From: Eledone cirrhosa
Lineage: Eukaryota
DNA length: 64,000 nt
Direction of reading: 5' to 3'
NCBI GenBank assembly: GCA_964016885.1
Contig: OZ024744.1
Span: 56,048,001 to 56,112,000 of the forward strand
Under the pieces are notes generated by a model, which had not been told where the DNA came from, ran no database searches, and was given only the letters and a program-made list of their open reading frames with translations. A program made the position numbers and the translations under genes. Position 1 is the first letter of the stretch; each line of letters begins with the position of its first letter. Below, in pieces: positions 45,001 to 53,987 of this stretch.

Positions 45001-48000
45001 GACTGTGGTCTGTGACTGAATTATATTGATCTGGTACTGACAGCTAGGTGGACTGTGGTCTGAGACTGAACTATATTGATCTGGTACTGACAGCTAGGTG
45101 GACTGTGGTCTGAGACTGAACTATATTGATCTGGTACCTTACAATGACAGCTAGGTGAACTGTGGTCTGAGACTGAACTATATTGATCTGGTACTGACAG
45201 CTAGGTGGACTGTAGTCTGAGACTGAACTATATTGATCTGGTACTGACAGCTAGGTAGACTGTGGTCTGAGACTGAACTATATTGAACTGGTACTGACAG
45301 CTAGGTAGACTGTGGTCTGTGACTGAACTATATTGATCTGGTACTTTACATTGACACCTAGGTGGACTGTGGTCTGAGACTGAACTATATTGATCTGGTA
45401 CCTTACATTGACAGCTAGGTGGACTATTGGTCTGAGACTGAACTATATTGATCTGGTACCTTACATTGACAGCTAAGTGGACTGTGGTCTGAGACTGAAC
45501 TATATTGATCTGTTACTGACAGCTAGATTGACTGTGGGCTGTGACTGAACTATATTGATCTGGTACTGACAGCTAGGTGGACTGTGGTCTGAGACTGAAC
45601 TATATTGATCTGTTACTGACAGCTAGCTGGACTGTGGTCTGAGACTGAACTATATTGATATGGTACTGACAGCTAGGTGGACTGCGGTCTGTGACTGAAC
45701 TATATTGATTTGGTACTGACAGCTAGGTAGACTGTGGTCTGAGACTGAACTATATTGATCTGGTACCTTACATTGACAGTCAGGTGGACTGTGGTCTGAG
45801 ACTGAACTATATTGATCTGGTACCTTACATTGACAGCTAGGTAGACTGTGGTCTGAGACTGAACTATATTGATCTGGTACTGACAGCTAGGTGGACTGTG
45901 GTCTGAGACTGAACTATATTGATCTGGTACCTTTCATTGACTGCTAGCTGGACTGTGGTCTGAGACTGAACTATACTGATCTGGTACCTTACATTGACAG
46001 CTAGGTAGACTGTGGTCTGAAACTGAACTTTATTGATCTGGTACTGACAGCTAGGTGGACTGGGATCTGAGACTGAACTATATTGATCTGGTACTTACAG
46101 CTAGGTGGACTGTGGTCTGTGACTGAACTATATTGATCTGGTACTGACAGCTAGGTGGACTGTGGTCTGTGACTGAACTATATTGATCTGGTACTGACAG
46201 CTAGGTGGACTGTAGTCTGTGACTGAACTATATTGATCTGGTACTGACAGCTAGGTGGACTGTGGTCTGAGACTGAACTATATTGATCTGGTACCTTACA
46301 TTGACAGCTAGGTAAACTGTGGTCTGAGACTGAACTATATTGATCTGGTATTGACAGCTAGGTAGACTGTGGTCTGAGACTGAACTATATTGATCTGGTA
46401 CTGACAGCTATGTGGACTGTGGTCTGAGACTGAACTATATTGATCTGGTACTGACACCTAGTTGGACTGTGGTCTGAGACTGAACTATATTGATCTGTTA
46501 CTGACAGCTAGGGGACTGTGGTCTGTCACTGAACGATATTGATCTGGTACTGACAGCTATGTAGACTGTGGTCTGTGACTGAACTATATTGATCTGGTAC
46601 TTTACATTGACAGCTAGGTGGACTATTGGTTTGAGACTGAACTATATTGATCTGCTATCTTACATTGACAGCTAGGTGGACTGTGTTCTGAGACTGAACT
46701 ATATTGATCTGGTACTGACAGCTAGGTGCTCTGTGGTCTGTGACTGAACTATATTGATCTGGTACCTTACATTGACAGCTAGGTGGACTGTGGTCTGTGA
46801 CTGAACTATATTGATCTGGTACTGACAGCTAGGTAGACTGTGGTCTGAGACTGAACTATATTGATGTGGTACTGACAGCTAGGTGGACTGTGGTCTGAGA
46901 CTGAACTATATTGAACTGGTACCTTTCATTGACAGCTAGGTAGACTGTGGTCTGAGACTGAACTATATTGATCTGGTACTGACAACTAGGTAGACTGTGT
47001 TGTGAGACTGAACTATATTGATCTGGTACCTTACATTGACAGCTAGGTAGACTGTGGTCTGAGACTGAATTATATTGATCTGGTACTGACAGCTAGGTAG
47101 ACTGTGGTCTGAGACTGAACTATATTGATCTGGTACTGACAGCTAGGTGGACTGTGTTGTGAGACTGAACTATATTGATCTGGTACCTTACATTGACAGC
47201 TAGGTGGACTGTGGTCTGAGACTGAACTATATTGATCTGGTACCTTACATTGACAGCTAGGTGGACTGTGTTCTGAGACTGAATTATATTGATCTGGTAC
47301 CTTACATTGACAGCTAGGTGGACTGTGGTCTGAGACTGAACTATATTGATCTGGTACTGACAGCTAGGTGGACTGTGGTCTGTGACTGAACTATATTGAT
47401 CTGGTACCTTACATTGACAGCTAGGTGGACTGTGGCCTGAGACTGAACTATATTGATCTGGTACCTTACATTGACAGCTAGGTGGACTGTGGTCTGAGAC
47501 TGAACTATATTGATCTGGTACTGACAGCTAGGTGGACTGTGGTCTGAGACTGAACTATATTGATCTGGTACTGACAGCTATGTAGACTGTGGTCTGAGAC
47601 TGAACTATATTGATCTGGTACTGACAGCTAGGTGGACCTTGTTCTGAGACTGAACTATATTGATCTGGCACTGACAGCTAGGTGGACTGTGGTGTGAGAC
47701 TGGACTATATTGATGTGGTACCTATTACTGACAGCTAGGTGGACTGTGGTCTGAGACTGAACTATATTGATCTTGTACCTTACGTTGACAGCTAGGTGGA
47801 CTGTGGTCTTAGACTGAACTATATTGATCTGGTACATTACATTGACAGCTAGGTAGACTGTGGTCTGTGACTGACCTATATTGATCTGGTACTGACAGGT
47901 AGGTGGATTGTGGTCTGAGACTGAACTATAATGATCTGGTACCTTACATTGACAGTTAGGTGGACTGTGGTCTGAGACTAAACTATATAGATCTGGTACT

Positions 48001-49243
48001 GACAGCTAGGTAGACTCTGGTCTGAGACTGAACTATATTGAACTGGTATTTACATTGACAGTTAGGTGGACTGTTGTCTGAGACTGAACTATATTGATCT
48101 GGTACCTTACATTGACAGTTAGGTAGACTGTGGTCTGAGACTGAACTATATTGATCTGGTACTGACAGCTAGGTGCACTGTGGTCTGTGACTGAACTATA
48201 TTGATCTGGTACATTACATTGACAGCTAGGTAGACTGTGGTCTGAGACTGAACTATATTGATCTGGTATTGACAGCTCAGTAGACTGTGGTCTGAGACTG
48301 AACTATATTGATCTGGTATTGACAGCTAGGTAGACTGTGGTGGTCTGAGACTGAACTATATTGTTCTGGTATTGACTGCTCGGTAGACTGTGGTCTGGGA
48401 CTGAACTATATTGATCTGGTAATGACAGCTAGGTAGACTGTGGTCTGAGACTGAACTATATTGATCTGGTATTGACAGCTAGGCAGACTGTGGTCTGGGA
48501 CTGAACTATATTGATCTGGTACTGACAGCTAGGTGGACTGTGGTCTGAGACTGAACTATATTGATCTGGTACATTACAATGACAGCTAGGTAGACTGTGG
48601 TCTGTGACTGAACTATATTGATCTGGTACTGACAGCTAGGTGGACTGTGGTCTGAGACTGAACTATATTGATCTGGTACTGACGGCTAGGTGGACTGTGG
48701 TCTGAGACTGAACTATACTGATCTGGTATTGACTGCTATGTAGACTGTGGTCTGAGACTGAACTATATTGATCTGCTATTGACTGCTAGGTAGTCTGTGG
48801 TCTGGGACTGAACTATATTGATCTGGTACTGACAGCTAGGTAGACTGTGTTCTGTGACTGAACTATATTGATCTGGTACCTTACATTGACACCTAGGTGG
48901 ACTGTGGTCTGAGACTGAACTACATTGATCTGGTACTGACAGCTAGGTGGACTGTGGTCTGAGACTGAACTATATTGATCTGGTACTGACAGCTAGGTGG
49001 ACTGTGGTCTGTGACTGAACTATATTGATCTGGTACTGACAGCTAGGTGGACTGTGGTCTGAGACTGAACTATATTGATCTGGTACTGACAGCTAGGTAG
49101 ACTGTGGTCTCAGACTGAACTATATTGATCTGGTACTGACAGCTAGGTGGACTGTGGTCTGAGACTTAACTATATTGATCTGGTACCTTACATTGACAGC
49201 TAGGTGGACTGTGGTCTGTGACTGAACTATATTGATCTGGTAC
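1..49243. repeat. Large tandem satellite with 50-bp and 57-bp monomers, about 950 copies, continuing beyond the left window edge
   Basis: Consensus GACAGCTAGGT[A/G]GACTGTGGTCTG[A/T]GACTGAACTATATTGATCTGGTAC(CTTACAT)T repeats head-to-tail in one orientation. The last unit ends at ...GATCTGGTAC near 49243. Copy number is length divided by about 51.7 bp. Confidence 0.98.
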
Positions 49244-49415
49244 TTATTATTGGCATCTCAGTAAAGTAGACTAAACTGGAATCAGAACATTTGAACTATA
49301 TTGCTCTAAATGAACACTCAGCTGTTTGCAATTTGTTTTTCTATTTTTCTATTTTTATCTTCTCTTGTTACTGTAGTCTAGGACCTTCAGACTACACTCA
49401 CTAGAATAATTCTGT

Positions 49416-49805
49416 ATACACACGCGCATATACACACACACACTCACTCTCTCTCACACACACACGCACACACTCTCTCTCTCTCTCACACACATGCTCA
49501 TTTACACACACACTCTCTTTCTCTCTCACACACATGCACATTCAAACACATATACATACACACACACGCACACATTCACACTCGATTTTTCTCTCCCTCT
49601 CACACACACACATGCACATTCACACACACACACACTGACTCTCTCACACACACACACACACATTCACACACACACGCACATTCACACACACACACACACA
49701 TACACACACACTCTTTCTCACAGACACACACACAGATACACACGTACTCTCTAACACACATTCACACATACAAGCACATTCACACACACACAGGCACACA
49801 TGCAC
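49416..49805. repeat. Compound degenerate (CA)n/(CT)n low-complexity tract
   Basis: Interrupted CACACA and CTCTCT runs with recurring CACATTCACA motifs. Confidence 0.9.
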
Positions 49806-49824
49806 TAAATTACTGATATTCCTA

Positions 49825-49952
49825 TAAGCCCAATTGTTAGAGCTTGCAATCGAAAGATTGTGAGTTCAATTCTCAGACCGGGTGATGTGTTGTTTCCTTG
49901 AGCAAGACACTTTATTTTACATTGCTCCAGTTTACTCAGCTGTAGAGATGAG
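49825..49952 (+). mobile_element. 5' part of a tRNA-derived SINE (B-box plus CORE-like segment)
   Basis: B-box-like GAGTTCAATTC at 49862-49872, then TCCTTGAGCAAGACACTTTATTTTACATTGCTCCAG. Its reverse complement aligns with 53287-53340 (CAGCTTTGTGGACCGGACCAACATGAAATAAAGTATCTTGTTCAAAGACAC), so it is a dispersed repeat. Confidence 0.7.
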
Positions 49953-49980
49953 ATGATAGGGACTGGGGTCCATATCATTC

Positions 49981-50155
49981 CACTGCAAAGTGGTCGTGGA
50001 GGTGCCACGGCAAAAAAGCACCCAGCACTCACTGTAAATGAGGTTGGTGTTAGGAAGGGCATCCAGCTGTAGAAATCAAGCCAGAATCAGTTCCCGTCCC
50101 ACCCTTGCAAGCAGGGAAGAACGGACGTAAAATGAAATGAAATGAAATGAAATGA
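49981..50155 (+). mobile_element. SINE 3' portion with (AAATG)n tail
   Basis: The core AAAAAGCACCCAGC..CACTGTAAATGAGGTTGGTGTTAGGAAGGGCATCCAGCTGTAGAAA recurs near 52430, near 52890 and inverted at 52996. It ends in GGACGTAAA followed by a simple-repeat tail. Confidence 0.75.
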
Positions 50156-50515
50156 TTCATAGACACACCATCTCTCACTCAAGCGCAGACATTAGCACAC
50201 TCACACACTTTCATAGACACACATACACACATCCTCTCTCTTTTGCAGACACAAACATACATATATATATGCATACTCTCCCTCTCTCTCTTTCTCTCTT
50301 TTACACACATACTCCCATATACATATTCACAATTACACATATATAGTTTCATTGTATACACATGCACACAAACACACACTCTCTTCTCCCTCTATTTTCT
50401 TCCTTTTCTCTCTCTCTCTCTCTCCCTCTCTCTCTCTCTCTGTCTCTGTCTCTCTCTCTTACACACAACATGTAAACACACACTTCATATGCACTGGTGC
50501 ATACACACACACAAA

Positions 50516-50516
<1 letters not shown>
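50156..50516. repeat. Degenerate CA/TA/CT low-complexity tract
   Basis: Mixed CACA and ATAT runs, plus a (CT)n run at about 50407-50459. Confidence 0.85.

Positions 50517-50605
<89 letters not shown>
50517..50605. repeat. Perfect (AC)~44 microsatellite
   Basis: Uninterrupted AC dinucleotide run of 89 bp. Confidence 0.97.
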
Positions 50606-50606
<1 letters not shown>

Positions 50607-50609
<3 letters not shown>

Positions 50610-50805
50610 GAATGGACCTTCATCGGTTTCAACAATGAGTGTTCCAGTTGTTCAATCAGTGGGATAACCTGCTAATGAAATTAATGTGTAAGTGGCTGAG
50701 TATTCCATAGTCACCTGTATCCATAACATAATCTTCAAGAAGATTCAACATGAGACAGTGTGTGACAAGCTTGGCCTTTTAACTTACAGGTACAGTCCTT
50801 TTGAT
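50607..50805 (-). mobile_element. SINE body/3' fragment on the minus strand, same family as 53115-53410
   Basis: Collinear with 53115-53255: TGTTCCAGTTGTTCAATCA vs TGTTCCAATTGTTTGATCA; CCATAACATAATCTTCAAGAAGATTCAACATGA vs CCATAACATAATTGTCAAGGAGATTCAACATGA; GCTTGGCCTTTT vs GCTGGCCTTTT. Confidence 0.7.
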
Positions 50806-50824
50806 AGGCTGTCAAATCATGTTC

Positions 50825-52344
50825 ATCTACTCAGTTTCCCTCTCAAGACATGGATTGACCCGAGATCTACTCAGTTTCCCTCTCAAGACATGGATTGACC
50901 CGAGATCTACTCAGTTTCCCTCACAAGACATGGATTGACCCGAGATCTACTCAGTTTCCCTCTCAAGACATGGATTGACCCGAGATCTACTCAGTTTCCC
51001 TCTCAAGACATGGATTGACCCGAGATCTACTCAGTTTCCCTCTCAAGACATGGATTGACCCGAGATCTACTCAGTTTCCCTCTCAAGACATGGATTGACC
51101 CGAGATCTACTCAGTTTCCCTCACAAGACATGGATTGACCCGAGATCTACTCAGTTTCCCTCACAAGACATGGATTGACCCGAGATCTACTCAGTTTCCC
51201 TCTCAAGACATGGATTGACCCGAGATCTACTCAGTTTCCCTCTCAAGACATGGATTGACCCGAGATCTACTCAGTTTCCCTCACAAGACATGGATTGACC
51301 CGAGATCTACTCAGTTTCCCTCACAAGACATGGATTGACCCGAGATCTACTCAGTTTCCCTCACAAGACATGGATTGACCCGAGATCTACTCAGTTTCCC
51401 TCTCAAGACATGGATTGACCCGAGATCTACTCAGTTTCCCTCACAAGACATGGATTGACCCGAGATCTACTCAGTTTCCCTCACAAGACATGGATTGACC
51501 CGAGATCTACTCAGTTTCCCTCACAAGACATGGATTGACTCGAGATCTACTCAGTTTCCCTCACAAGACATGGATTGACCCGAGATCTACTCAGTTTCCC
51601 TCACAAGACATGGATTGACCCAAGATCTACTCAGTTTCCCTCACAAGACATGGATTGACCCGAGATCTACTCAGTTTCCCTCTCAAGACATGGATTGACC
51701 CAAGATCTACTCAGTTTCCCTCTCAAGACATGGATTGACCCGAGATCTACTCAGTTTCCCTCTCAAGACATGGATTGACCCGAGATCTACTCAGTTTCCC
51801 TCTCAAGACATGGATTGACCCGAGATCTACTCAGTTTCCCTCTCAAGACATGGATTGACCCGAGATCTACTCAGTTTCCCTCTCAAGACATGGATTGACC
51901 CGAGATCTACTCAGTTTCCCTCTCAAGACATGGATTGACCCGAGATCTACTCAGTTTCCCTCTCAAGACATGGATTGACCCGAGATCTACTCAGTTTCCC
52001 TCTCAAGACATGGATTGACCCGAGATCTACTCAGTTTCCCTCACAAGACATGGATTGACCCGAGATCTACTCAGTTTCCCTCACAAGACATGGATTGACC
52101 CGAGGTCTACTCAGTTTCCCTCACAAGACATGGATTGACTCAAGATCTACTCAGTTTCCCTCTCAAGACATGGATTGACCCGAGATCTACTCAGTTTCCC
52201 TCACAAGACATGGATTGACCCGAGATCTACTCAGTTTCCCTCACAAGACATGGATTGACCCGAGATCTACTCAGTTTCCCTCACAAGACATGGATTGACC
52301 CGAGATCTACTCAGTTTCCCTCACAAGACATGGATTGACCCGAG
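50825..52344. repeat. 40-bp minisatellite, 38 near-identical copies
   Basis: Unit ATCTACTCAGTTTCCCTC[T/A]CAAGACATGGATTGACCCGAG. The 1520 bp equals 38 x 40 with no indels. Confidence 0.98.
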
Positions 52345-52381
52345 GCTGTGGTAAAATGACATTTGCCCAAGATGCCATGCA
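52345..52381 (-). mobile_element. Unamplified SINE remnant contiguous with the last 40-bp unit
   Basis: The minus strand reads TGCATGGCATCTTGGGCAAATGTCATTTTACCACAGC and continues into CTCGGGTCAATCC of the repeat. CTTGGGCAA is a CORE-SINE-type motif (compare CTTGAGCAA near 49897). Confidence 0.55.
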
Positions 52382-52382
52382 T

Positions 52383-52604
52383 CTGTAATGTGGCCTTGTA
52401 GGTAACACGGTAAAAACCTCCCAGCCCCACACTGTAAATGTGGTTGGTGTTAGGAAGGGCATCCAGCTGTAGAAAACCCGCCAGACAGTCCTATGCGAGC
52501 AAGACAACCACTCTTGCCTCAAGTGGGAAAACTCCCGTCCAAACCCATGCAAGCGTGGAATATGGACGTTAAACGATGATGATGATGATGATGATGATGA
52601 TGAT
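52383..52604 (+). mobile_element. SINE 3' portion ending in a (GAT)10 tail
   Basis: Contains GGTTGGTGTTAGGAAGGGCATCCAGCTGTAGAAA and ends CCCATGCAAGCGTGGAATATGGACGTTAAAC(GAT)n, matching the end of 49981-50155. Confidence 0.75.
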
Positions 52605-52628
52605 ATATATATATATATATATATATAT
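52575..52628. repeat. (GAT)10 directly followed by (AT)~13
   Basis: Read directly from the sequence. Confidence 0.95.
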
Positions 52629-52760
52629 GGAAGCTTTGGAATGAGGAGACCCAAGAAGGCCTGGGATGAGGTGATAAAAGCTGATCTTGCCCAATTGCAC
52701 CTCTCAAAGGTGATGACACAGGACCGAGACCTCTGGCTTTATACATGGGTACAAGCCGAA
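52629..52760 (+). mobile_element. Fragment of a non-LTR retrotransposon (RTE-clade-like) ORF C-terminus
   Basis: The frame from 52629 reads GSFGMRRPKKAWDEVIKADLAQLHLSKVMTQDRDLW. This fits the (G)RPxxxWxxxxxxD...DRxxW motif at the end of RTE-type reverse transcriptase ORFs. It is 5'-truncated and not in the ORF track. Confidence 0.7.
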
Positions 52761-52790
52761 GCTAAAGCATATAGACACCATACCCCTACC

Positions 52791-52965
52791 CACTGTAAAG
52801 TGGTCGTGTAGGTGTCACAACAAAAAAGCACCCAGCCCGCACTGTAAAGTGGTCGTGTAGGTGTCAACACAAAAAAGCACCCAGCCCACACTGTAAATGA
52901 GGTTGGTGTTAGGAAGGACATCCAGCCGTAGAAACAAAATCAAAATCAGTTCAGTATGAGCAAGA
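52791..52965 (+). mobile_element. SINE 3' portion with an internal 49-bp tandem duplication
   Basis: CACTGTAAAGTGGTCGTGTAGGTGTC..AAAAAAGCACCCAGCCC starts at 52791 and 52840. A third CACTGTAAA at 52889 continues into the family core. Confidence 0.75.
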
Positions 52966-52995
52966 CATGGTCACCTGGCATTGCCCACAACAATG

Positions 52996-53108
52996 GTTTC
53001 TACGGCTGGATGTCCTTCCTAACAACAACCTCATTTACAGTGTGGGCTGGGTGCTTTTTGCTATGACTCCTACATGACCTCTTTACAGTGTGGACTGTGT
53101 GCTTTTTA
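52996..53108 (-). mobile_element. Inverted copy of the adjacent SINE segment
   Basis: 52996-53059 is the reverse complement of 52872-52935 with 1 mismatch in 64 bp. Degenerate similarity continues to about 53108. Confidence 0.85.
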
Positions 53109-53114
53109 TATATG

Positions 53115-53410
53115 TTGAACCTCTGTCGGTTCGACAACAAATGTTCCAATTGTTTGATCAATAAAACTGCCTGCTCATGGAATTAGTGTGAAAGTAGCTA
53201 AACCCATAACATAATTGTCAAGGAGATTCAACATGATGAAGCTGGCCTTTTGAATCACTAATTTAACTTAATTTTTCTTTTTCTTCAGCTTTGTGGACCG
53301 GACCAACATGAAATAAAGTATCTTGTTCAAAGACACAATGTACCAGCAAGAATCAAGCATCAAACTCTCCACCTTACAATTATCTGGTGAATACCCTAAC
53401 CACTGAGCCC
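53115..53410 (-). mobile_element. Near full-length, decayed tRNA-derived SINE on the minus strand
   Basis: The minus-strand head GGGCTCAGTGGTTAGGGTATTCACC is A-box/tRNA D-arm-like. The middle matches 49884-49942 inverted, and the body matches 50607-50805. Confidence 0.7.
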
Positions 53411-53507
53411 TAACAAAGGTGTTGTAAGTTCAATCTGACAAATAATCTGTTTTTTTTGTTTTTAGTATTGTTATTATCTTTTCTGTAAAAAAACAATCAT
53501 TATTGAT

Positions 53508-53522
53508 CACACCACCACCACC

Positions 53523-53556
<34 letters not shown>

Positions 53557-53600
53557 GCTCTCTCTCTCTCACTCTCTCCCTCTCTCTCTCCCTCCCTCTT
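53508..53600. repeat. (CAC)n followed by (CT)n microsatellite
   Basis: Read directly from the sequence. Confidence 0.9.
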
Positions 53601-53730
53601 TCACTTCTGAACCCCAGCTCATAGCACACACTCCAGCCATACCAACACCAGTAAATAAAAAATAACATTGAGTATTGTGAGACGAGATATCTATAAGTTA
53701 TTTATTATACAAACAGTTCCTTATATTATC

Positions 53731-53968
53731 AGCAGTGGATTGGCAGTATTGGTAGAGCGTCGGACACCCTGCTTTGACGCATAGAGTTCTGAGTTCAATT
53801 CCTGCTGAGGTTAGCTTCGCCTTTCCTACTTAAGGGGTCGATAAAATAAAGTACCAGTAATACACTGGGTTTGATTTAACTGTCTTTCCCATCCACCCCC
53901 CAAAAATTGCTGTCCTTGTGCCTATATTAGAAAACATTGTTGTTGTTGTTGTTATTGTTGTTGTTGTT
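53731..53968 (+). mobile_element. tRNA-derived SINE with Pol III A/B boxes, a Nin/Deu-domain-like core and a (TTG)n tail
   Basis: A-box-like TGGCAGTATTGG at 53741-53752 and B-box GAGTTCAATTCC at 53791-53802. The core GCCTTTCCTACTTAAGGGGTCGATAAAATAAAGTACCAG resembles the Nin/Deu SINE motif as recalled. (TTG)n lies at 53937-53968. Confidence 0.7.
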
Positions 53969-53987
53969 TTCCCTCTTTTTATTTTTG

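Noticed and set aside
47655-47837. 60-aa minus-strand ORF
   Set aside because: It is the same satellite translation artefact.
50825-52344. CRISPR array (also considered for the 50-bp satellite)
   Set aside because: Units abut with no unique spacers, there are no cas genes, and the context is eukaryotic.
50825-52344. Satellite-encoded hammerhead ribozyme
   Set aside because: The minus strand has GAAAC and CTGAGTA but not the CUGANGA core with flanking stems. The 50-mer consensus lacks GAAA on both strands.
49494-52921. HT-, CV-, LS- and poly-H/S-rich ORFs and the MPFLTPT-type ORFs
   Set aside because: They are read-throughs of microsatellites and antisense SINE sequence.
53371-53388. ACCTTACAAT..TCTGGT resembling the 57-bp monomer insert
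   Set aside because: A 10-nt match with motifs in a different order is compatible with chance.
53731-53810. tRNA gene
   Set aside because: It has A/B boxes but no convincing cloverleaf, and it continues into a SINE core and tail.
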